64,000 nt of DNA, taken from assembly GCF_021869535.1 (NCBI RefSeq), contig NW_026262615.1, positions 11,718,001 to 11,782,000 of the forward strand, in the 5' to 3' direction. The translations under genes and the position numbers were made by a program. The notes below the pieces were generated by a model. The model did not search any database, had not been told where the DNA came from, and saw only the letters and a list, made by a program, of their open reading frames with translations. Origin of the DNA: Mytilus californianus. Lineage: Eukaryota. Shown here piece by piece: positions 27,601-39,600 of this stretch. Numbering within the stretch: the stretch's first letter is position 1; each line of letters opens with the position of its first letter.

Positions 27601-30600
27601 CATTGATCATGTTGAACACAAATCTTCAATATGTCAGACTTAAGGAGGCTCGAGGGTATAAAATTTAAATTACAGTTTTTCCTTATAATTTGTTGATTGA
27701 AACCTCTTAACATATGAATTAAAAAATGCAAAAAAAATAGGGGGTCACCGACCATCTAAGCAAGTTACAGACTGCTAAAAAAATAGGTTTTCCCCTCATA
27801 AATCGTACAATTTTTACAAAGACTAATAGGGAAAATTGCACCTGCGTTGCCTTCATCTTAACCTACTGAGAGAAGAAAATTACAGATTTCTATTATACTT
27901 TTCATTCTAAGAGAGTTGGTAGTGAAGTTCAGAAAAAGCAAAAAAAAAGTGGGGGTCACCGACCTTTTAAGAGAGTGTGAAACCATGGCAACCAAAAAAG
28001 GTAATTTCTGAAAAAAAATCAACTTTTTCTCCAGTATTTTGGCCTTAACTATATGAAATGAAAATCTGTTTATGGTTAACAGTACCCCTAAGTGATATGC
28101 AGGCCAACATTGAATTTTAGGTCATTTTGATAAATTCGTAAGGTCATAGGTTAAGGTTATGGTGTTCATGAACATGATAAATTTGTTATTTTTGAAAGTT
28201 TTGATGAAATTTTTATGAGATCATTCGCTAAGTTAAATCAAAATTACAGATTTATATTATACTTTCCATTCTAAGAGAGTTGGTAGTGAAGTTCAGAAAA
28301 AGCAAAAAAAAAAAGTGGGGGTCACCGACCTTTTAAGAGAGGTAGACCACCAAAAGTGTGAAACCATGGCAACCAAAAAAGGTTATTTTTGAAAAAAAAT
28401 CAACCTTTTCTCCAGTATTTTGGCCTAAACTATATGAAATGAAAATCTGTATACGGTAAACAGTACCCCTAAGTGATGTGCAGGCCAACATTGAATTTTA
28501 GGTCATTTGGTAAATTCGTAAGGTGAAAGGTTAAGGTCATGGTGTTCATGAAAATGATAAATTTATGCTATTTTTGAAAGTTTTGATGAAATTTTTATGA
28601 GATCATTCGCTAAGTTAAATCAAAATTTACATATTATTAACTGTCATACATAATGAAACAAAATGTAAAACAAAAATTTAAGTGGAAGGCGAACCTGAAT
28701 GATGAGGGTCTGGAAAGGGGGTCCTTCAACCTTCTGTTCTTTAAATCTTTATGTCATTATTCTCTATTCCTAAATTTTAGCACTCCTTTATATTCTATTT
28801 TTTTTTGGCGATTTTCTCTATTCTTTATATGTTTTGGCCTTAATTTAAATTGCACTTTTTATCCATTATTCTCTATGCTGTAGACCCCATCCAGATACTC
28901 AATGATTGTCGAATTCAGTTATCAAAGTCACTATTGTTAGAATAGTCAGACTTATATTGTAGGGAACATTCTAGATGATTTTGAAGGAAAAGTACCAAGA
29001 TTATATAGATTATAACGCACTGGGAAAAATATTCCTTTATAGATCTAACACTGGCGGATCCAGAAATTTTCATAAGTGTGGCCCACTGACTGCCTATATA
29101 ATCAACCAAATTTTTCCCAAAAAAGGGGGGATCTGGGGCCCCTGCCCCCCTTAAATCCGCCTCTGTCTAATGCCTATAGGGCATATTATGTAACAAAATG
29201 AACTAGTCAACTAGATAATTAGATACCTAAAAAATGATTCCTCCACTTGTCCTCCAAGTTTGACATTGGAAACCTCGAACATCATTATAGTTCCATCAAA
29301 AAATAAAATAGGTGCATAATGTATTTTGAATTATGTTTCCTTGAAGACTTCCGGACTTATATGTCACATTTGGTTGTTTCCTATTAAAGAGTTAATGGTT
29401 TAGATTAAGATGTAGTCTGTGTCTGTCCCACGTCAGGAGCCTGTAGTTCAGTATTTGTGGTTTGTTGCTGTATGTATCTTTCATTTTCATTTATTGTTCT
29501 GTACATAAACTAGGCCTCTGATGATATAAGAATGGATGGTCAAGGGTTAATCTATTTCATATCCCATCCACATTTGTGGTGGGGCATAACAAAATATAAT
29601 CTTTGTTTCTACATAAAATACAAATAACAACTTGCAGTATAGGTGATATAAGTATTTATTTATGGACATATTTATGGTCCCATACATTAACTGATCCATA
29701 TAACATTAAATCCAAAATCAATTAACCAATGAAATTGTTTAAACGCATGGTTTGATTTGTGGCACTTATTTCATTCATATAACAAGACATTTCACTGTGC
29801 AATAGGGAGTGTAATTATCCTGTTCTGCCAGGCATTTTATGCAAATACCACCTTTTTTTTTTACATTTCCTTCAGAATACTAATTCTTATATTGAAAGAT
29901 AAATTAAAGATTTAATTTATCCCTTAAAATACAACTAGGCAAAAGGTAAGATACTTCATTTGCCAAAGAAACATAATTGGATACAATTAGACTGTACCAG
30001 TAATGAGTGATATCATTTTGCAATGCATCTGGTAAAGATTATTTTTCTCATTGACAAAAATACTACAAGAAATACAACTTTAAATATCTCCCATTGGGTT
30101 TCTATCAATAAGCTTTTAACTTCACTGATGGCCATTTTGAATTTCTACAACAGTCCAAACACTTGTTTAGGACCTTGAATTAAATATATATCTACTTTTT
30201 TTCAATTCAATCTATAATGCTGTTATCATTGAAATGTGTACTGAACTGACCCTTTAAGCTCCTTCCTAGAACCAAAGCTAGTAGCTCGAACTGATCATCT
30301 TACAAAGTTTGTCACTTAATATTATTTGTAGTTAAAATATAAAGCAACATGTAAATTGACATTTAATCTTTGCTGGCTCTTATTTTTATTGTCAATAAGA
30401 TAACACCACTTGTTCAATACCTTGATCGGAAAATAAATAAATGTACTATGTTTTGTTTCAATCCCTACAGGATTTCTTGAGAATAAGGTTTCAATCAAGA
30501 TTAACCAATGACAATTTACATTCAGACAGGATGGCTATCTATCTTTACCAATTGTCACCTAATCTTCAACAATTAAAAAGGACATTAATTGATAGAAATA

Positions 30601-33600
30601 ATTTATCTGCAAAGTTTGATAAAATTCTGTTCACTATTCCTTAAGCATGAGATAAAAAATAATAATGTTTACAGACAATTGATGACTAGTGATGGCAATT
30701 GCCCACAAGGTTAGCTGAAAGGATATAATATATAATTCCAGTATAAAAACAAAGAATTATCAACTAGCTTTCAGGAGTAAGGAAGTCAAATATTTTTCGA
30801 ATGACCTTCATGCAATTTGTGACTCGAACATTTCCTCTGTCAGTTTTTTCAGACAATAAAGCTTTTAATCCTTCTAGTCCTATTCTCTCAACAGAAAGTT
30901 TAAGATGAGAGAGCTTTAAGTTTGATTTAGAAGCCTTCAAAGCAGTCGCTCGTGTAATTGCTTTACAAGCAATGGCTTCATTATAAGACTTAAGATTGTC
31001 TTTCTGGACTATACAATCATAAGGATGACTTGCAGGAAAAACAAATTAATCCAGATTGTTTAAGGCTTTTGAGATTAATAATTTAAACAATGCTCTAGTG
31101 TCATCAACTGCATTGTGTGCACAATAGTTTTCACCAAGAAGTTGTGACACCAATGAAGTTTGAGAATATGATGGTTATCCTGGAATTATTTTCTTGAATA
31201 ACTCCATGGTGTCTATGAATCCACATATGTGAGATGAAAACTCATTCCACAACTGATTTGCCTTTAAAGAATGGTACAAAACATGGCAATCAAAGCGTTT
31301 GATGTTGTGTCCTACAAGAACTGGCTTGGATGGATATTTGGAAAGAAATGTTATAAAATCAGTGAGAGCTTCATGTGGTAATTTGTACGAAACAGGTTGT
31401 AAATTATAAAACATCTGATTTGCAGAAACGGTAATTTTTGTAGTTTCGGAGGCCTGTATTGAGATAGGTTGGTTTGGAAAGATGTAACTGCTAAATTCAT
31501 TATTGTTTGAAGTTGCAGCAATCTGTATTACATCTGAGGTTCTATCTGGAAAAAACAATTAGTTTAGTTTTTCTTATTTCAATATTTCTCAATAAATACA
31601 AAATATGTTACCTGCTAATTCAATAGTTTTAGCAATGTATGGGTTAATCTTATCACCAAAATGAACCGAAAAGGAAAAGAAAAAAACTAATTATTTTTTT
31701 CATGATTTATTATTCTAATATTGTGTTTACAATATCTAATGTTCACTTTTCTTTTTTAGTTTTTCATGTGAGGGTCTGTTAAAGCCTCCTGTGTGATATA
31801 GGTTTATGATTTTCATTGTTGAAGTCGATCGGTATGATTGCCTATAATTGCCTACTTTCACTTCATTTGAACTTTTTTTTTTTTGGGGGGGGGGGGGGGG
31901 GGATACAGTCTCATTGGCAATCATACCACATCTCCATTTTTTATGTAGACAGTTTAAGAAATTTGAATGGGCAATTTTCCTGCTGTGATATACAATTATC
32001 TCTAACTTTAATATTTGAGTGATATATATATAATAGTATTACTTCAAAAAGAAGAATGAAAAGCTGGTTCCATGTGCAATAACCAATATACAATGTATAA
32101 AAGCATATAAAGTTTTCATATAATTTATTTTATCATATACTTAGCATTAATATGATAGCTTTTGCATATGTGTAATGAACGGAAGTACACAAGCCACAAT
32201 TTCCCACCCGGAATGTTAACCCATATCAGGGGCCTCTCGTTCAAGTTACTTCCGGTATTTCCACTATCGTCTGTTTAATTTTCCATTGTTGCGTCAGATA
32301 TTTTTTATTATGACGTCAAAATTTTACTGGAACTTTTGTGATGTCCAGTAATGGCGGACAAATAGCGATAAGGTGTATTGGATCCAGTGCACGGTAAATT
32401 CGTTTGTACAGAACCACCTGTTATTGAAAAAAAGATGTTAACATGGCTAAATCCAATGATATAGATTCTCAAAATGATGATAGTTAAGTACTTGCTAACA
32501 AATGCCATTGACAATTATATGAATCATCTCATAGTACAACATGTAGTAATAATGATCATAAAACTGTAAATACTTCTTTGCTTCCAAATTTTCAATGTTT
32601 CAAAATGCCTCTATAGGAAATGGTAACATAAATATATATGGAGGTAAGTGATGCTACTGTTGGACAATGATAGTGTATTTGTTGGATTCATAATTTAACT
32701 TCTTTATAAAGTTTTTGACTGTTTTAGTTATTTCATTTGTTTATTTGCCTTACATAAAACAATTGTCGGAAGTATATGATAAAGAGATTAATACATGGCC
32801 TTTTCCATATCGGCCCGGGTATCATCCCTCGACCCATATCAGCACATCGACTACGTCTCGGGCTGATATGGGGGTCTCGGGATGATACCCGGGCCGATAT
32901 GATAACAATTTTTCTATATATTTATATATTAACGACTTACATAGGCTTGTAGTTTCTAAATCAAAGACTACCAGTGGAGCTGTAGAAATATCTATCGGTA
33001 TACATAAAGATGCATTCATTGGAGCAGGGATTTCTTCATCTAACTTTTCATTGTTCATTCCTATAACACATCAAGTTTTGTAAAAACAAAATTGCAGATT
33101 TTAATTGTTATATATGGTGTAAAATGTGTTTGTACAAAAGTAAATGAAACATCAAATGTTTAAAGTATGTTCTATTTTATAACTTTGATAATCCTTATTG
33201 CATGTCTTGCATCAATCTTACAGACCAAAAAAGGGGCCCTCCGCTAATCAATTATAAGTACGAAAGACAGAAATAATTAAGAGTTTAAAAATCATACTTT
33301 GGTTAAATTTGCAATAAGTTAATTGAAGTCAAAGTTTAAATTCCAAGAAAATTTAAAAAGTTAAGGATGTACCTATTTCACTTTCATAAGTTCTTCCTTC
33401 TCTTATTTCAACACCGGTACTTTTTCCTGATCTTTCTTTTTTTAGATTGATTCTTCTTTTTTTGTGCTGCTTTGTTTTTGCTCTTTCAGATTTTTTATTC
33501 CTCTTTCTATTCAATCGTATAGCCCTCTTGATAGTCTCATTCCCAGGTGACAATCCAGCTGCTTCACTAACCTTAAAAAATAAATAAATAACAACATGTA

Positions 33601-36600
33601 TAAATTCAATATGAGGATGGTCTTAACAGTTATTTAAGAAATGACTGTTCCTTTTTGTTGCCAAGTTTTATTTTGATGTAAAAGCATTGATCAGAGCACA
33701 TTTTACATGAAGCACTTTAGGCTTTTATACCCTATAAAACTACAAAAATAATGAAGAAGGAACAAGGATGCGAGATTTTCTTGCTGTGTTGAAGACCCAT
33801 TAATGGACTTTGGCTGTTTTCTGCTTTGGTTAGGTTTGCTGTCTGTTTAACACATTCCCCATTTCAATTCTAAATTTTATTTCTTAAAATTACATTTCAC
33901 CTTTAAAATATACTTTTTATTGAAATAACAAATTTCCCTTATTTTGTTTTGAAACATTAGGGAGCAACCATTGAACTTCAAGGGTGGGGGGGGGGGGGGG
34001 GGTTATGGTCTGTTGTTTGAGTCATAAAATATTTTTCATGCAAAGCAATTTTATTTACTTTTTGACGCTAATAATCAAACTTTTTTTCTTCAAAACTTAA
34101 CACTATAAGGTAATGGGGAAATCTGGATTCAGAATATTTTTTTGTCATCTGCTTAAACAGAATATTTTTTTCATCAAACTTGGGATCAGAATATTTTTTT
34201 TTTGGAAAAAACCATAAAAGTATAATTTGCAAATATTACCTTTGACACATAACCATATCCCTCATTTTTTTGTAAGACTGCTGCACTGACACGATAATTT
34301 AAACTTGAGGAACCAGAATAATGCTTATTTTTTGCTGCTTTGGTTGAGACCGTATGGTTAAAGCTTTCATTTGCTTGGGAGCTAGCAAGTTTTGACAGTT
34401 TCTTTGATTGGCTTTCAATTTTTCCCAGAAACAATTTCTCTAGATCAGCTTTGAGGCTTTCAGATGTCAAGTCCTTTCCGAGGGGTAAGTTTGTGTGCCT
34501 GTATGATGTTCTGTCTTTTAGATAACCACACCATTTCATATCACAGGTTTGGTGTTTCCCATACATATGGTCAATCATCCCTCTGACTCCTTTTTCAATT
34601 TTTTCTGGACTGCCTTGGTTTTGTGCCAACATGTAGGAATAATTCTTGGTAATTGCATTTATTACCATTGGCGTCAACTCCTTTTGCTTTGGTTTTAGGC
34701 TGTACAGCTTTTTGGTGATATTTATGATTATATGATTCCTATCACTGGTTTTATCATTTTAGAATTTGGAAGAAGTTTCTTTGCCCTGTCAAACCCAACA
34801 GAATCATCATCACCTGCCAGTTCATTAATTTCAATATTTTGTTCATGTACATCCTTCACCAACTGTACTACCATGTCTGGTTCCATGCCCTTTGCTGTCC
34901 CTGACCAGTTTTTTTTTACAATTGTGTGGTATAGGTGGTCTTCCCTTCTTTTGTGCATTCCGACATATACGGCAGCTGGATATTCTGAGGGTGTGATGCA
35001 CAATTTTCCCTGTTTTTTCCCCTATCAGTGATGCCACACCTGAAAAGTTAAATGTACATGCTAATGCAAGTAAGTGTAAATATGGAGTAATCATGTTGCT
35101 ATACTAGTATTTCAAATTGATTGTGTAATAATTCTTAAATGATTTGCATATCTATAAATACTTGAATTGGATTGGTCAATTAGAATTTTTCTCTTGGTTT
35201 ACACTTAGATAAACCATGTTTCCGAAACTAATTTCATAATCTATTCATGCACGATACACATGCTTGCAGGGATCGCGTGATTTTCAGCATTTTGAGATTA
35301 AAAAACAAATTTGGCTTAAGAATTATAAGGATTAAACACATTTTTTCTAGAGGTTATTGATGTGTAAACCGGGGCTCTTACTCACAAACTCTAGAAAAAA
35401 TGTGTTTAATCCTGTAATAAAGGTGTCAACCTAATTTTGCCTAATTTTAGTAAAAGCCACTTTTTGTAGGAATAAAAGACAGAAACAATATATTTCGCTG
35501 AGTATTGCATTAGTCATAAGGTAAACTTACTTTGAGATAGTAAAATACACGATCTACAGCTGCAAAGTTTAGAATGGAATACAAAAAGGAGCCAAAAACA
35601 AGCATTTTTCTTGTTTCGGGACAATAACTTGTGTATAAGTGTAAGAATCTTTATGAAATTGTACCACATGGTTTCATACCTCAAAAGGAATGTTGGGATT
35701 TATTTTGTGGGAAATGGCCTAAACCATTTAGGAATAAGGGACCAAAAGGTGCAAACAAACTAGGATGTTCTGGTTGCCTGACAATTACTTGAGTATAAGT
35801 CTATGGATCTCTTTGAAATTATACCACAAGGATCCATACCAAACAAGAGGCTCTCAAGAGCCTGAATCGCTCACCTGTATTTCAGAGGAGAAGATTTTTA
35901 AATGTTAGCAAACTTGATGAACAAATTGGGTAAAATTGTCTTTAAAGGGCAATAACTCCTTAAGGGGTCAATTGACAATTATGGTCATATTAACTTTTTT
36001 GTAGATCTTACTTTGCTGAACATTATTGTTGCTTACAGTTTATATATATCTATAATAATATTCAAAATGATAACAAAAAACTGCAAAATTTTGTTAAAAC
36101 TACCAATTCGGTGGCAGCAACCCAACAATAGGTTGTTTGATTCGTCTGAAAATTTCAGAGCTGATAGATCTTGACCAATTGAACAATTTTACCCAATGTC
36201 AGATTTGCTCTTAAAGCTTTAGTTTTTGAGATATAAGCCAAAAACTGCATTTGACCCCTTTGTTCTATTTTTAGCCATGACGGCCATTTTTGTCGATGGT
36301 GATTCTCATATGTATACAGAATTTTTATCTTGGGGCCAGTTTTCAAATAAGTCCACATTAAGGTCCAAAGGGTCCAAACATAAACTTTGATTTCAACAAA
36401 TATTTAGTTCTTGATTTTTTGTGATATGCCTAATCTGTGTATTTTTAGATTTTATGATTTTTCTGCCCTGTTTTGTAATTGGTCCACATTAAGGTCCAAA
36501 GGGTCCAAAATAAAACATTGGTTGATTACAACAAATACAAATTTATGGGGTTCTATGATAAGCTGATTATTACCCTGTATTCATATTTTGGATTTTGTGC

Positions 36601-39600
36601 CCAGTTATAAAATTTGTCCGTATTTAGGTCCTAAAATACACTCAGTTTGAATTCATCCATTATTGAAATCTTTTGGTTCTTTCATTTGCTGAATCAAACC
36701 ATGTAGTTAGATCTTTTATATAAATGGACCATAATCATGATAATAGGTAAATGACTGACTATTTTCACTCTGTGTCAGAACCTATGCTATGTCAAGTATT
36801 TAATCACAATCCAGAATCAGAGCTGAATTGCACAATTAATAGAAATTTCATTTCAAGTAAATTCATATTTGATAATATAGATTAAAAGAAGGGAATTACC
36901 ACTTGAAAAGTCCAATTTAATTTTTTTCAGATCTTAGACCACATTCATTCTGTGTCAGAAACCTATGCTGAGTCAAATATTTAATCACAATCCAAGTTCA
37001 GAGCTGTACAAAGCTTGAATTTGGTATCCATACTTGCCCCAACTGTTAAGTTTTTGACATCTGCAGTCATACCAAGATTAGCATTTTATAACTAGTATGT
37101 TTTTTTTTTTAAATATTTGAATATTTGTACACTTGCCTTTAATGCATGTACATTTTGTTTGGTTTGTTTTTATTAGTGCACTATGATTTTATATGTACCT
37201 GACAAACTATTGTAAGCCCTTCCAGAACCTTTCTTCTGCCAACAAGTGTCTGTGGATGCATTAATACCTGCTTGTTCATTACCTTCTGTAAAAAAAGATT
37301 AAATTCATAATACAGTAACCGGAAAATATGTATTCAAAAACAGATTTCCAGCCCTAAAAACATGAACCAAAAGGTAAAACTTAACTAAAGTCACTTAAAG
37401 TGGCCCAAGTGTTGTTTAGCTTGATTGTCCTTTATACATGAGGACTGTAGCTGAGAATTATCATTGATTTATTATGTAATGTTTTCACAGAAATAAACCT
37501 AAACACAAAACTCAACCATGAAATTAAGGTGATAGTGACACTAAGATTTAGGTATATATAAATAGAGGCTCCAAGGAGCCTGTGTCGCTCACCTGATATT
37601 TTTGTTTTACAATTGATGCATGAAATAATGCAACCATTATACTTTTGCTTTAGTTTCAGAGTCAATAACTCCTTAAGGGGTCAATTGACAATTTTGGTCA
37701 AGTTGACTTATTTGTAGATCTTACTTTACTGAACATTTGCTGTTAACAGTTATCTCTATCAATAATGAATTTGGCCCAGCAGTTTCAGAGGAGAAGATTT
37801 TAGTAAAAGATTACAAAAATTTACAAAAATTGTGAAAAATTGACTTTAAAGGGCAATTACTCCTGAAGGGGTAAACTTATTTATTTGTAGAGCTTACTTT
37901 GCTGAACATTTTTGCTGTTTACAGTTTATCTCTATCTATTATAACATTCAAGATAATAACCAAAAACTGCAAAATTTCCTTAAAATTACCAATTCAGGGG
38001 CAGCAACCCAACAACAGGTTGACTGATGCGTCTGAAAATTTCAGCTCAGATAGATCTTCACCTGATGAACATTTTTACCTCATGTCAGATTTGCTCTAAA
38101 TGCTTTAGTTTCAGAGATATAAACCAAAAACTGCATTTCACCCCCCATGTTCTATTTTTAGCCATGGCGGCCATCTTGGTTGATGGGCAGGGTCATCGGA
38201 TACTTTTTTTAAACTAAATACCCTAAGGATGATTTAGGCCAAGTTTGGTTTTATTTGGCCCTGTAGTTTCAGAGGAGAAGATTTTTGTAAAAGTTAACGG
38301 ACGACGACGGACGCTAAGTGATGAGAAAACCTTACTTGGCCCTATTGGGCCAGGTGAGCTGAAAAGGTATAGAAATAGAAGTACTTTAATAATCTAATTA
38401 TGGAGCCTAGCAGATTTTAAATTTCATACCATTATTACAATGATTTTTCTTATGACAATGAAATAATATTGAAATAAATTACAACACAATAGAACAATGA
38501 ATAGTTGTTGCATGCACATAGAAGAGAAAAGTTAATAGGGGAGACAATTAAAAAATATTAAAGGATTATTTCCTTTTGAACTGTATCTAATAATCTTTGA
38601 AGATATGTTGCTCTGAGTTGGATAAAAAAGAAGCCCAAACTAACAAGATATAAGGGTAGGTTTCTCCCATGTACATGCAACAACCAATTACTAAACATCT
38701 ATGTATATGATATTTAAATTGCAAGAATTGGATTACCACCTTTACAAATTTGACTGCAGTTTAACACATATTTTAGGCATTAACATATACATGTCAATAT
38801 ATAAAATGACATTTGTAAAATATGTGTGCCATTGTATGTACAATGTACATGTATATGCAAATGACAGGATCAGGCCTATTTTTGTTATAAAATTATAATA
38901 TTTAATTTTCATTCAAACCTGCATCAATGGTCATTGACTGGAAAGCTTCGTCAAGTAAAAACTTCCTTTCTGAAGCATTTGCCTGACACTCTATTATGTC
39001 TCCAACTTCATTTTCTCTTGATTTTAGTGAATTATGATGAGGACAATGGACATTCATGGCAGCTAGCAAATTATTCAGCTGGGTTTCTCCTATGCCTGTA
39101 TGAATCATACCTGATAATATAAAAAACATACAGAAAAATAAATGAACAATAAATTTAAAACACTAGCAAAATTATTTAAAGTAGCTATAATTATATAGGT
39201 TGGGCCATATTTTCTGTGTACATGTACATGTAGGAAAATGAAGGCAAACAAAATTAATTTTGTGTCTCCTGTGGCAATGCAAAATAGGGAATTATGATGT
39301 CTGACCAGGATAAAATGGTATGTTTTAAATTATCACACTACTGGCAGCTGATTTTAGTTCTAGTTGGCTAGTAAGTCTTGCAAATCAAGAGGATTGTTCA
39401 TGTTGACAATTAAGATTGACATATGCTTAAAGATACTCATTATCGCAAAAAGTTTCATTCAGTTTCTAGTTGGCTAGAATTAAAAGCAGAGGACATTATC
39501 AAATTCACCACCTCCTCATTTACCCTATATATATTTACATGTATGTAATACATATACCCATTTTTTTTTATAATATTCTGAAGTCATTTCTTGTATGATA

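Larger units (their letters stand above)
10740..27643 (+). repeat. Higher-order tandem array of LRR exon+intron units (left part)
   Basis: Near-identical blocks recur with C-exon-to-C-exon spacings of 2539, 2539, 1849, 1841, 2538, 1853 and 1057 bp. Confidence 0.95.

Noticed and set aside
10740-27643. CRISPR-like or satellite interpretation of the periodic sequence
   Set aside because: Units are kilobase-scale and contain spliceosomal exons; there are no short repeats with unique spacers and no cas genes. The DNA is eukaryotic.
28640-30760. Second (KolX-like) gene in the left part of the transposon, including ORFs 28653, 28915 and 30441
   Set aside because: No recognisable motifs or consistent splice pattern; the ORFs overlap small repeats or AT-rich sequence.
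34340-35031. Plus-strand ORFs 34340, 34732, 38934 and 40659
   Set aside because: Antisense shadows of the transposase exons.
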